DNA of 56,122 bases from Candidatus Woesearchaeota archaeon (GCA_023246445.1 JAHFIJ010000002.1:1-56122), one strand, 5' to 3'; counted from the stretch's first letter, positions 35,988-45,192 are shown. Program-made: numbers and translations. The notes: a model not told the origin generated them from the sequence alone.

Positions 35988-36746
35988 CTAAAATTGTTTC
36001 AAAAAAATATTCTGAAAATTTTTATACAATAAATTTTTTGTTTCTTCATATGTTAAATTTTTTATTTCAGCAATTCTTTCTACAGAAAATTTTACAAATG
36101 CAGGCTCATTTCTTGTTTTTGGCGGGGGCGCTAAGTAAGGTGAATCAGTTTCTGTTAATAAATTATTTATTGAAACATTTTGGACAATACTCTGAAAGTG
36201 CAAACTTCTTAAAATTATTGGAGGAATAGATAAAAACCAATTTTTATTTTCAATTCTTTTTACTAATTTGAAATTTCCATTAAAACAGTGGAAAATAACT
36301 TTTTTTAATTTACTATTCTCTAATATTTCCAGACATTCTTCTTCTGCTTTTCTTGAGTGTATTATAATCGGTTTATTAAGCTCTTCTGCCAGGTTTATGA
36401 CTTTCTGGAAGACTTCTCTTTGTTTGGTTTCTGAGCTTCTTCCCTCATTGAAATCCATCCCAACTTCACCAATCGCAATTATTTTATCTTTATTCTGCCT
36501 TATGAAATTTAAATTTTCCTCTATTTGCTCATTTGTTAGTTTAACTGCATCTGTTGGATAAAGTCCTAAGGAAGGCTTAATTATTTTGAATTCTTCTGCC
36601 AAATCCAAAACTTTTTTATTTGTTTCTAAATCCAAACCTGTTTCTATTATACAAACAACTCCAACTTTTTTTGCCCTGTCAATTACTTCAGATAAATCTT
36701 GTTTAAAAGCATCTGAGTGCAAATGAGCGTGAACGTCTACTAGCAT
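35988..36746 (-). CDS. tatD: TatD-family metal-dependent hydrolase
   Basis: VDVHAHL, GEVGMD, IIHSR, HCF and TDSPYL. Confidence 0.9.
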   Translation of the reverse strand: MLVDVHAHLHSDAFKQDLSEVIDRAKKVGVVCIIETGLDLETNKKVLDLAEEFKIIKPSLGLYPTDAVKLTNEQIEENLNFIRQNKDKIIAIGEVGMDFNEGRSSETKQREVFQKVINLAEELNKPIIIHSRKAEEECLEILENSKLKKVIFHCFNGNFKLVKRIENKNWFLSIPPIILRSLHFQSIVQNVSINNLLTETDSPYLAPPPKTRNEPAFVKFSVERIAEIKNLTYEETKNLLYKNFQNIFLKQF

Positions 36747-36777
36747 AAGATGTTTGATTTAATAAGTTATATAAACG

Positions 36778-37335
36778 TTACTTTTTTTGAGATGATATGA
36801 TTGCATCGGCTATATCTTCTTCTCTCCATCCGGATTTTCTTAATGCTTCTTTAATTTTTTCTATAGTGAAGCCTTTAGCTATGCTTGTTTTTACATAGTC
36901 AACTGCCTGTTGTAATCTTGCATTAATTTCTAGTGATTTTTCCTGTTCGAAAATAGAGCCTGTTTTTAATTGAGACGTTTGCTGCATATCTTCTGTTTGA
37001 GAAGTCGTAACTGATTTTGCAATATTATTTTCTGGTGTGCTAAAAACAGATTCGAGTTTTGTTGAGGCTCTTGAAAGTGTTGTGTTTTGAGATGTAAATC
37101 CCTGGGAAAATCTTTGAGTTTTTTCTCTACCAAATATTAAATATATTAAAGGACCTATAATTGGAAATATTAACTGAAAGATAATCCAATTGAATTTAAC
37201 CAATCCTGATTTTTGGCTTCTTATCACACTAATTAAGCTCAAGAGAAAGACTAAAAAACTGAGCAAAGCGGCTATTATAATTGCAATCATTCCTGTTTTA
37301 AAATTCTGCAGTATTGAAGGATCTAGCACTACCAT
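36778..37335 (-). CDS. Membrane protein with PLD-nuclease N-terminal-like segment
   Basis: FQLIFPIIGPLIYLIFGR, followed by a soluble C-terminal helical domain. Confidence 0.5.
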   Translation of the reverse strand: MVVLDPSILQNFKTGMIAIIIAALLSFLVFLLSLISVIRSQKSGLVKFNWIIFQLIFPIIGPLIYLIFGREKTQRFSQGFTSQNTTLSRASTKLESVFSTPENNIAKSVTTSQTEDMQQTSQLKTGSIFEQEKSLEINARLQQAVDYVKTSIAKGFTIEKIKEALRKSGWREEDIADAIISSQKK

Positions 37336-37392
37336 GATTTAATACATTAAATTAGACTATAAATTCTTTTGTTTTCACAGTGTAATGATAAG

Positions 37393-38565
37393 TTAGATGA
37401 ATGGCTTTGCTATAAATAGAATTAATTTGTATATGTAGGGCAATAGATTAATAATTATCAGGAATAATAAAGTGAAGGATACAAAATTTGTTATTTTTTT
37501 AGCTTTTTTAGCATCTTTGATGAAATAAGAAACTGCTGTTGAGAACATTCTCCCGCCGTCTACAGGACCTAATGGCAATAAATTAAATAAGCCTACACCA
37601 AGGTTTGCTATAAATAACCAGACAGTCAACAACCATAGCCAGATCAGGGCTTTTCCTTTTGTGTTATAGAGCCCTTTTACAAATAACCCTAAGGTTCCTA
37701 TTTTAGCGTCATCTTTCGAGGGGAGTATTTTTGTTTTTATTGTTTTTATTTCATTATTTATGCTTTTTATTTTTAGAAATACTTCCTGATCTGCTTTGTC
37801 TTTTATTTCATTGGAGAAATCACTAAATTTTTTATTTATCAGATTAACATTATTTACGCCTAGGATTACATCGCCTTTTTGGATATCTTTTGTTGAAAAA
37901 TTCTCTTTGAAACCAGTGATTTTCAAACCTTCCAGATGGGCGTTTTCATCAACAAAGGGAGTTACTAAAAATGTTAAGATTAATAGAACAATAATGGACA
38001 ATAAAATATTTGAGAACGGCCCCGCTGCAAACATTTCCATTTGAACTCTTTTAGGCTTTTTTATTACTTCCTTTTCTTCTGGTTCTACGAACGCTGCTAA
38101 GATTGGACCTAAAAAAGCGAAACCAGAACTTTTTACTTTGATGCCGTATAATCTTGCAATTACACCATGGGAAAATTCATGTATTGTCGCTAAAATTAAT
38201 ATTGCGATGATCCAATGCCAAAAAGATAGTGGTGGAGCGCCTGGAATTGATATGCCGGGAAGAACAGGTGCTAAAGGCGGATCTGTTCCAGGAATAAAAA
38301 TAAATTTTAATGTATAGCGAATTATAAAATATGTAATATAAGCCATTCCTGCGAAGCCGACTATCATACCTAAAAAAGAAAAAACTTTTAAAATTCTCGG
38401 AATTTTTTTGCTTAAGTAATCCATTAAGCTTAATCCCCATTTAGTCCGATACATTGCGAAGATTTTTCCCTGAACTTCGAATCTATTCCTATATTTAAAG
38501 AAAAATATGATTACTAAACCATAGAATATTACTGCGAATAATATGTCATAATTTACCACATTCAC
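37393..38565 (-). CDS. Site-2 protease (M50) with PDZ-like insert
   Basis: HEFSHGV (HExxH) and NLLPLGPVDGGRM. GTG start. Confidence 0.85.
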   Translation of the reverse strand: MNVVNYDILFAVIFYGLVIIFFFKYRNRFEVQGKIFAMYRTKWGLSLMDYLSKKIPRILKVFSFLGMIVGFAGMAYITYFIIRYTLKFIFIPGTDPPLAPVLPGISIPGAPPLSFWHWIIAILILATIHEFSHGVIARLYGIKVKSSGFAFLGPILAAFVEPEEKEVIKKPKRVQMEMFAAGPFSNILLSIIVLLILTFLVTPFVDENAHLEGLKITGFKENFSTKDIQKGDVILGVNNVNLINKKFSDFSNEIKDKADQEVFLKIKSINNEIKTIKTKILPSKDDAKIGTLGLFVKGLYNTKGKALIWLWLLTVWLFIANLGVGLFNLLPLGPVDGGRMFSTAVSYFIKDAKKAKKITNFVSFTLLFLIIINLLPYIYKLILFIAKPFI

Positions 38566-38569
38566 CTCT

Positions 38570-38731
38570 TTATTTTTTTCTTATTGGCCTGAATCTTCTT
38601 TTCCCACACTTTTTACAGGGAATCAGGCCCTTCATTAATTTTGTAGGAAGACCTCTTATTTTAGTCTTACAATTCCTGCATACAAATACATTAGCGAATA
38701 ATCTTTTTGTTGTTTCTGCGAATTTTACCAT
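38570..38731 (-). CDS. rpl40e: Ribosomal protein eL40
   Basis: 53 aa: MVKFAETTKRLFANVFVCRNCKTKI...IPCKKCGKRRFRPIRKK. Below the ORF-track cutoff. Confidence 0.8.
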   Translation of the reverse strand: MVKFAETTKRLFANVFVCRNCKTKIRGLPTKLMKGLIPCKKCGKRRFRPIRKK

Positions 38732-38732
38732 T

Positions 38733-39140
38733 TTATTTTATTTGTTTTATTACTTTTTGACCCATCATAAGCCAATATATGACTTGGACGTTTTCTTTTA
38801 TCTGATCCTTTAATTCTTCAGGAATTTCCAATTCAAAGGTTTCAAAGCTTTCTAAATCCATTACTGAGGCTTTGTCTTCTGTTACAGCTAATATCTGGGC
38901 TGACTTTTTTTCTATTAAAGGAACATTGATTTTTTCATGACCCGGGGCTACAAAAACCCTTTTTTTATTGTCAATTATACCCACACAGGTAATGCGACAT
39001 TTTGCATGACCGTGTTTTCCAGGCTTTGATGTTTCTATGCTGGTTATTATGCATGGGTGCCCTTCCCATTCTATGGTCATGCCTTTTTTTACGCTTCCTG
39101 CATCTGTTTGCCTGTAATCAGCCATCTGAGAATAAAACAA
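38733..39140 (-). CDS. eif5a: Translation initiation factor 5A
   Basis: Hypusine loop TSKPGKHGHAK. The start may be the internal MADYRQ at 39125. Confidence 0.92.
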   Translation of the reverse strand: MFYSQMADYRQTDAGSVKKGMTIEWEGHPCIITSIETSKPGKHGHAKCRITCVGIIDNKKRVFVAPGHEKINVPLIEKKSAQILAVTEDKASVMDLESFETFELEIPEELKDQIKENVQVIYWLMMGQKVIKQIK

Positions 39141-39211
39141 AGAACTATTTATAAGTGTTTTGGCTCATTTTTTACGGAAATCTTTAATAACTTTGAAATT
39201 ATTTTGGGTTA

Positions 39212-39367
39212 ATGGTAAAGAAAATTAAAAGAGATAATAGGCTGTTATATCAATGTGAAGAATGTAAGTTTTTGTATTTGAAGAAAGAATTAGCTTTTAA
39301 ATGTGAAGTGTGGTGCAGAGAAAATAAAAGCTGTAATTTAGAGATTACTAAACTTGCTGTAAAATAA
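39212..39367 (+). CDS. Small Cys-rich protein, 51 aa
   Basis: MVKKIKRDNRLLYQCEECKFLY...FKCEVWCRENKSCN. Below the ORF-track cutoff. Confidence 0.35.
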   Translation: MVKKIKRDNRLLYQCEECKFLYLKKELAFKCEVWCRENKSCNLEITKLAVK

Positions 39368-39940
39368 TTATCTTTTTCTTTTAACTGCTTTAATTTTAGA
39401 TTTTTTTAATTTCTCTATCTCTTTTGCCTGTGCATTTATTAATTTTTCATAGGATGATGATTTAGATTCCAATTCTTTTACTCTTTCCAGAACAACTGCA
39501 CGGGTTTTTTTAATATCTTCAATTTCCTGCATTAATTTCTCTATGGGCTTTGCTTTTTCTGTTAGTTCTATTAACCTTTCCTTCATTGATGTTGAATCTT
39601 TCTCCAATAAATTTAATAATTTTAATCTTGCATTTATATCGCTTATTTGATTGAAAGTATTGTTGATCTCTTTTTGGAAATCTATCTTAATAACCTCTGC
39701 TAATTTTTCTGCTGTTACCTTATTTAAATCTGAAATATCCTTTAAAGCTTTTTCCAAGAATTTAGTTTTTAGGTTTAAATCAAAAATTCCTTTGCTTAAA
39801 TTTGCGACAGCTAACCATGATTGAATGTTTTGAGCGTTTTTTTCATTAGAATAAATATTTCTGAATCTTGTTGCCTCTTTGATTTGCGCTTCCAAATGTG
39901 TTTTAATATCGCCTGGTAATTTAGTTCTCCATGCTTCCAT
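39368..39940 (-). CDS. Coiled-coil protein, unknown function
   Basis: Heptad-rich, Lys/Glu-rich 190-aa ORF. Confidence 0.5.
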   Translation of the reverse strand: MEAWRTKLPGDIKTHLEAQIKEATRFRNIYSNEKNAQNIQSWLAVANLSKGIFDLNLKTKFLEKALKDISDLNKVTAEKLAEVIKIDFQKEINNTFNQISDINARLKLLNLLEKDSTSMKERLIELTEKAKPIEKLMQEIEDIKKTRAVVLERVKELESKSSSYEKLINAQAKEIEKLKKSKIKAVKRKR

Positions 39941-40042
39941 ATGGCGTTATAGCCTTAAATCTTTTATAAGCTTTTCCATTTTATAGTAGTTACATTATAA
40001 AATATAGGTAGGTTTTTAAATATAAATCTTAAGAAAACTTTA

Positions 40043-40684
40043 ATGGCAGAAATAAAGAAAGGGGATTTTGTGGAATTAGAGTATGTAGGAAAGTTAAGCA
40101 CTGGAGAAGTGTTTGATCTAACCAATAAAGAGGATGCTAAAAAATTTAATTTATTTGATGAGAAAGCAGAATATAAGCCTAGAGTTATTTGTGTGGGGGA
40201 AAATGAAATTTTAAAGCCAATAGATGATTTTTTGATTGGGAAAGAAACAGGGAAAAGCTATAATATAGAGATTAAAAAAGAAGATACAAAATGGAAAAGA
40301 GACCCAAGCCTGATAAGGGTGATGAATTCTAATTCATTAAGAGACCAGAATATTAAGCCTTATCCTGGGATGAGTTTAGTTATAGATGATGTAATAGCAA
40401 GAGTAGTAAGTGTTTCTGGTGGAAGATTAGTAATTGATTTTAATCATCCACTGGCTGAAAAGGATGTTTCATATGATCTGAAACCATTAAAAATAGTTGA
40501 AGATATTAATGAGAAATTAAAAGCAGTTATGTTTAGTCATTTTTCTTATCATGAGAGCATAGAATTTAAAAATGGAAAAGTAAATTTATTTAATATACCC
40601 AAAGAATTCCAGGATAAAGTAGGGGAAAGATTAAAGGCATTAATTAAAGAGGTTAAAATAGTGGATTTTAAGGAAAGGAAGTGA
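40043..40684 (+). CDS. FKBP-type peptidyl-prolyl isomerase (SlyD-like)
   Basis: GDFVELEYVGKLSTGEVFD, an IF-domain-like insert, and VIDFNHPLAEKDV. Confidence 0.85.
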   Translation: MAEIKKGDFVELEYVGKLSTGEVFDLTNKEDAKKFNLFDEKAEYKPRVICVGENEILKPIDDFLIGKETGKSYNIEIKKEDTKWKRDPSLIRVMNSNSLRDQNIKPYPGMSLVIDDVIARVVSVSGGRLVIDFNHPLAEKDVSYDLKPLKIVEDINEKLKAVMFSHFSYHESIEFKNGKVNLFNIPKEFQDKVGERLKALIKEVKIVDFKERK

Positions 40685-40776
40685 TGTTTTTAATACATTT
40701 AATACAGTATAAATATGTTTAAATAGGGGGTGTGTTCTTATTATAGAATAGATACTGTATAAAAAGAGAGGATAAA

Positions 40777-41901
40777 ATGGATCAGTTTTCTCAACAATCA
40801 CAACAAAAAACAGAAAATAAGAATGCTTACCTGAAGCAAAGCACTAATTATTCTAATCCTTTGGATGCTGAGTTAGAGCAGTTATTAGCCAAGCAAAGAG
40901 CAAAGATAAAAGTAGTTGGCTGTGGCGGAGGAGGAAATAATACAATTAACAGAATGAGCGATGTTGGGATTACAGGTGTTGAAACTATAGCTATAAATAC
41001 AGATGCTCAAGATTTGCTTTATACAAATGCCAATACTAAAATTTTGATCGGTAAAGAATTAACACAAGGTTTAGGGGCTGGTGGGATTCCAACTGTAGGG
41101 GAACAGGCTGCCAAAGAATCAGAGCATGAGATAAAGTCTAAACTGCAGGGAGCAGATATGATATTTATTACCTGTGGATTAGGTGGGGGAACAGGAACCG
41201 GCTCTGTTTCTGTAGTTGCTGATGTTGCTAAGAAATTAGGATGTTTAAGTGTTGGTGTTGTGACAATGCCATTTCAGATGGAGGGGCAGAGAAGATACGA
41301 AAATGCTGTTTGGGGTTTGGAGAAATTAGAAAATGTAGTGGATACGTTAATTGTAATACCCAATGATAAATTATTAGAATTAGCACCTGATTTGCCATTG
41401 CATACTGCTTTTAAGATCGCTGATGAAATTTTAACTAATGCTGTTAAAGGGATTGCAGAATTAGTAACAAGATCTGGTCTGGTAAATTTAGATTTTGCTG
41501 ATATAAAAACTGTAATGAGTGACGGTGGGGTTTCAATGATTGGTGTTGGAGAGGCAGATTCAGAAGACAGGGCTATTGCTGCTGTTGACAGGGCGATTAG
41601 CAATCCATTATTAGATGTTGATATCTCTGGTGCAACTGGTGCATTGGTTAATGTTTCGGGTGGGACTGATATGACCTTACAGGAAGCAAGGCAAGTAGTT
41701 GAAAGAGTATCTGAAAAATTAAGCCAGGATGCTAAAATAATATGGGGGGCACAGATTTCAGAGGATTTAGAAGGGACAATAAGAGTATTATTAATTGTTA
41801 CAGGGGTAAGTTCACCTCAAATCTTTGGTCCTAAAAGAAAAATGTCACAGAAAGAAACTGAAGAGATTGGGGGGGAATTAGGGATTGAGTTTATTAATTA
41901 A
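40777..41901 (+). CDS. ftsZ: Cell division GTPase FtsZ
   Basis: GCGGGGNNTINRM, tubulin signature GLGGGTGTGS, and NLDFADIKTVM. Confidence 0.95.
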   Translation: MDQFSQQSQQKTENKNAYLKQSTNYSNPLDAELEQLLAKQRAKIKVVGCGGGGNNTINRMSDVGITGVETIAINTDAQDLLYTNANTKILIGKELTQGLGAGGIPTVGEQAAKESEHEIKSKLQGADMIFITCGLGGGTGTGSVSVVADVAKKLGCLSVGVVTMPFQMEGQRRYENAVWGLEKLENVVDTLIVIPNDKLLELAPDLPLHTAFKIADEILTNAVKGIAELVTRSGLVNLDFADIKTVMSDGGVSMIGVGEADSEDRAIAAVDRAISNPLLDVDISGATGALVNVSGGTDMTLQEARQVVERVSEKLSQDAKIIWGAQISEDLEGTIRVLLIVTGVSSPQIFGPKRKMSQKETEEIGGELGIEFIN

Positions 41902-41902
41902 A
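41746..41902 (+). repeat. Direct repeat copy 1: 3' end of intact ftsZ
   Basis: 157 nt. Differs from 43918-44073 by 3 substitutions and one G in a G-run. Confidence 0.9.
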
Positions 41903-42361
41903 ATGAAAACAGAAGATATTGGCAAAAATAAAAGTAATGAAGAAATTGTGTGGTATCTTATTGTTTTAGACAGTGGTGCCAGCAGCGCAAATATCTCTCG
42001 GGTTGATGTTACTGAAATGATCTTGCGTGGTAGAAGGCCAAATGCAGGGGATATAGGGAGATTTGCTCCAGATTATGTTTTTAAACCATGTTTTCATTCC
42101 CCTGAACCAAAAAAGGGGATTGATTTTGAATATTGCGGTTGGTTAAAGGATATTTTAAAGTATTCTCCAAATATTCCTAAAGCGAAACATGATTGTTCTG
42201 ATCCATGTTGGCGTGCTAAAGTTACTAAACATACTTTCGCTGGACTGAAATGTAAATTTGTTTCTTTAGAGGGAAGAATTCATGCTGTTTGGAAAAAAAG
42301 AATTCCTGTTCCGATTTATGGGTCTTTAAATGAATATTTTGCTGAAAAAGATCTTTCTTGA
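41903..42361 (+). CDS. Hypothetical Cys-rich protein
   Basis: ATG begins immediately after the repeat. Cys-containing motifs are CFH, YCGW, HDCSDPCW and LKCK. GC-richer than neighbours. Confidence 0.5.
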   Translation: MKTEDIGKNKSNEEIVWYLIVLDSGASSANISRVDVTEMILRGRRPNAGDIGRFAPDYVFKPCFHSPEPKKGIDFEYCGWLKDILKYSPNIPKAKHDCSDPCWRAKVTKHTFAGLKCKFVSLEGRIHAVWKKRIPVPIYGSLNEYFAEKDLS

Positions 42362-42470
42362 GCTTTTTGATCTATATTTCCAAATAACGAAATATTTATT
42401 TTAGTGATAACAATTGGTATGTTGTAAGAAAGATAAAACCCCTGAATAAATAACTTTTCTTATTATTTGT

Positions 42471-42510
42471 TTTTTTAGTATACCATTTTTAGTAAATAAA
42501 TATTTATATA
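42471..42510 (+). repeat. 40-nt repeat copy A (TTTTTTAGTATA-N4-TTTTAGTAAATAAATATTTATATA)
   Basis: 36/40 identical to 46045-46084. Overlaps the 3' end of the ATPase gene. Confidence 0.7.
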
Positions 42511-43802
42511 CTAATTTCTTCAATAAGGAATTTCCATAATGGGATAAATTTTATTCCCTCTTCTTTTTTTTCTATATTTTTTGTAAGCAGTATAAGTTCC
42601 CTTGTTTTCTTGAATGCTGCCTTAAAATCGTATAAAGATTTTATTTCTCGTTCCGGAATTTTATCAGTATAAGTCACATTTATTGCAGTCAGGGAGTGAT
42701 CGTGATTTTTTATAATGAAATCAACTTCTGTTTCTTTTTTGGACTTCCAATAATAAGCTTCAGCGCCCCTTCTTTTTAAATCAATGAACACCTGGTTTTC
42801 AGCAAGTTTGCCTTCATCACCAGAGAATTTAAAGGAGACTGCGTTTCTTAAACCATTGTCTATGCAATATACTTTTGAAGCTCGGCTTTTCTGTTCCTTC
42901 ATAGAATAAGCGAAGTGGTCTATAGTAAATAAAAGAAATGCTTCATTAGTATAGGATAAATAATCTTTTATGGCTTCGTAAGATAAACCTAAGCTATTTC
43001 TAACATTTCTTAAAGAAACGAATCCCGTTATGTTTGTCATTAGATATTTTATAAATTCGCTTGTTTTCTTGCTGTTAAGATTATGTCTATCTATGATATC
43101 TTTGAAGAGGATATCGTTGAAGTATTGATCTAACAGTTTTGTTTTGAAGTCTTTTTCTTGAAAGAAAACTTTAGGGAACCCGCCCTGTAATAAATATTCA
43201 TTAAGAGATTTTAGTATGAGGTATTTTTCTTTTTCGAGAAATATCCCCTTAACTGCTTTTGAAAAATCAAGATTAATCCCATTAAAAATCAAGAACTCTT
43301 TAAAACTAAGAGGATACACTTCAAAAGTAAGATTCCTCCCAGTCAGTAGTGTTGCATATTCTTTTTTTAGGAGATAAGAACAAGAGCCAGATACAACGAA
43401 CTTACAGTTGGTCTTCAAATCATAATGTCTTCTTATCCATGCTTCCCATTTGTCTTTTTTGTGAATTTCATCAAAGAATATATAGGCTTTCTTAGCAGGA
43501 TTTAGGTTTGATCTGTATGTTTGGTAAATGTCTTCAAGACTGTCTTCTGTAAAACGAGTATCTTCAAGATTGACGAAAAGAATTTGTTCTGGTTCTACTT
43601 CTTTTTTTAGCAAACGTTCTATCATTTGATACATAAATGTGCTTTTTCCAGATCTTCTTACCCCCAGAATAATAGTTATCTCTTCTATATCTACTGATTT
43701 AACAAGAAGGGAATAATTCAAACGAGGCTTTCCTTTTAGTTCATCAGGCACTTGTTTTGTCGACCACCAAGGGTTTGCTTCTGCGAGTTTTTGTATTTCC
43801 AT
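42504..43802 (-). CDS. AAA+ ATPase with DUF4143-like C-terminal domain (COG1373 type)
   Basis: Walker A GVRRSGKST, Walker B IFFDEIH, and a C-terminal region typical of this ATPase family. Confidence 0.85.
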   Translation of the reverse strand: MEIQKLAEANPWWSTKQVPDELKGKPRLNYSLLVKSVDIEEITIILGVRRSGKSTFMYQMIERLLKKEVEPEQILFVNLEDTRFTEDSLEDIYQTYRSNLNPAKKAYIFFDEIHKKDKWEAWIRRHYDLKTNCKFVVSGSCSYLLKKEYATLLTGRNLTFEVYPLSFKEFLIFNGINLDFSKAVKGIFLEKEKYLILKSLNEYLLQGGFPKVFFQEKDFKTKLLDQYFNDILFKDIIDRHNLNSKKTSEFIKYLMTNITGFVSLRNVRNSLGLSYEAIKDYLSYTNEAFLLFTIDHFAYSMKEQKSRASKVYCIDNGLRNAVSFKFSGDEGKLAENQVFIDLKRRGAEAYYWKSKKETEVDFIIKNHDHSLTAINVTYTDKIPEREIKSLYDFKAAFKKTRELILLTKNIEKKEEGIKFIPLWKFLIEEISI

Positions 43803-43849
43803 TTTATGTCCGAAATGCTTATATTATCGTTGTAAATCGACTATATAAA

Positions 43850-43902
43850 TGTTACGGTGTAGCATAGCATTTAGGCTATTTTTGTTACGGTGTAGCATAG
43901 CA
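43850..43902. repeat. Two perfect 20-nt direct repeats TGTTACGGTGTAGCATAGCA, 33-nt period
   Basis: Located at 43850-43869 and 43883-43902, 48-100 nt upstream of the ATPase ATG (43802), just beyond a TATA-like CTATATAAA. Confidence 0.8.
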
Positions 43903-43917
43903 ATATTCTCTCTAATA

Positions 43918-44073
43918 GGGGCACAGATTTCAGAGGATTTAGAAGGGACAATAAGAGTATTATTAATTGTTACAGGAGTTAATTCACCTCAAATCTTTGG
44001 TCCTAAAAGAAAAATGTCACAGAAAGAAACTGAAGAGATTGGGGGGAATTAGGGATTGAGTTTATTAATTAAA
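43918..44073 (+). pseudogene. Orphan ftsZ 3' fragment (direct repeat copy 2), frameshifted
   Basis: Encodes GAQISEDLEGTIRVLLIVTGVNSPQIFGPKRKMSQKETEEIGG and then loses frame (G6 versus G7). Confidence 0.9.
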
Positions 44074-45192
44074 TTCAGTAATTTGTTGATTTTTAATTGT
44101 TTTTATTAAGATAGGCTTAATTACATCTCCATTAAAATCAAATTTTATTATACCTGAAACGCCTTGAAAATTATTAATGTTATATAACCAATCCTTGATT
44201 TTTTGGCTATTTGGGCCCACTTCTTTTATTGCAGTTGCTAGTAACATAGTTGCATCATAGGAATTTGCTGCGTAAATATCTGGGTCTTTACTATATCTTG
44301 ATTTATAATCTTCTACAAAGCTTTTTGTTGGTTCTGATTGCGATCTTAGATCAAAATTTGGTGTGTGAAAAATAACATTTTCTGCTGCTCCTCCTGCAAT
44401 TTTTATTATTTCTGGTTGCGCAAAACCTTCTGGAGCTAACCATCGTTTATTAATCCCTAATTCTTTAGCTTGTTTTAATACTAAACCTTGTTCTTTTAAT
44501 CCAACAAGAAATATTGCTTCTGGATCTTTTGCTTTTATTTTTGTTAATTGGGTTTTAAAATCAGTTGCATCAGTTTCGTAAGTTTCTGATATTAAAATAT
44601 CCCCACCCGATTCTGTAAAGTATTTATTGAAAGCTTTTGAAGTCCCAACCCCATAATCATTGTTTATATGAATAATTGCAATTTTATTAATGTTTAAATT
44701 TTCTTTGACAAATTTTACAAATAATTTCTCATCGTAATTTGAATTTGGAATATTACTAAACACATAATCTCCAGCTTCTGAAATTAACGGACTTTTTGCG
44801 CCTACGTTTAATAGTATTATTTCCTTTTCGTTTGCTAGAGGGGCGGTAGATAATACCACGCCGCTAATGGCAGTTATAACTACAGGGATGTTTTCCATTA
44901 AACTGAGAGTAGTAACAGCGGTTTTTGGATCCCCTTTAGAATCTTCGTAGGTTATCTTTAACCCCTTTCCATTTATACCTCTATTTTTATTGATTTCTTC
45001 TACTGCTAATTCTATACCTGATTCCATACTTTGACCATAAATGGCTGCATTTCCGCTTAATGGTAATAAAGCACCTATTTCAATGTTTTTATCTGTGGTT
45101 TTTAAAACTTTAAATGTGAGTGTTAGTATAACAATGAGAATTACTACAAATAGTATACTCCCAATGATTTTTCTTTTTGTGTTAGTTTCCAT
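44065..45192 (-). CDS. Leu/Ile/Val-binding-protein-like ABC substrate-binding protein, TM-anchored
   Basis: N-terminal TM, IGALLPLSGNAAIYG, and a type-I periplasmic-binding fold pattern. No adjacent permease or ATPase. Confidence 0.8.
   Translation of the reverse strand: METNTKRKIIGSILFVVILIVILTLTFKVLKTTDKNIEIGALLPLSGNAAIYGQSMESGIELAVEEINKNRGINGKGLKITYEDSKGDPKTAVTTLSLMENIPVVITAISGVVLSTAPLANEKEIILLNVGAKSPLISEAGDYVFSNIPNSNYDEKLFVKFVKENLNINKIAIIHINNDYGVGTSKAFNKYFTESGGDILISETYETDATDFKTQLTKIKAKDPEAIFLVGLKEQGLVLKQAKELGINKRWLAPEGFAQPEIIKIAGGAAENVIFHTPNFDLRSQSEPTKSFVEDYKSRYSKDPDIYAANSYDATMLLATAIKEVGPNSQKIKDWLYNINNFQGVSGIIKFDFNGDVIKPILIKTIKNQQITEFN

Larger units (their letters stand above)
41903..44073. 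mobile_element. Putative integrated cassette 2 (cargo plus displaced ftsZ 3' fragment)
   Basis: The repeat period is 2172 bp. Cargo is a Cys-rich 152-aa ORF and a COG1373-type ATPase. The orphan fragment abuts the convergent binding-protein gene exactly as an uninterrupted ftsZ end would. Confidence 0.45.

Noticed and set aside
43850-43902. Possible CRISPR array, here and anywhere else in the window
   Set aside because: There are only two 20-nt repeats, no regular repeat-spacer series and no cas genes. No other periodic repeat array was seen.
43849-44052. 67-aa ORF MLRCSIAFRLFLLRCSIA...
   Set aside because: It is created by reading through the two 20-nt direct repeats into the orphan ftsZ fragment, so it is not an independent gene.
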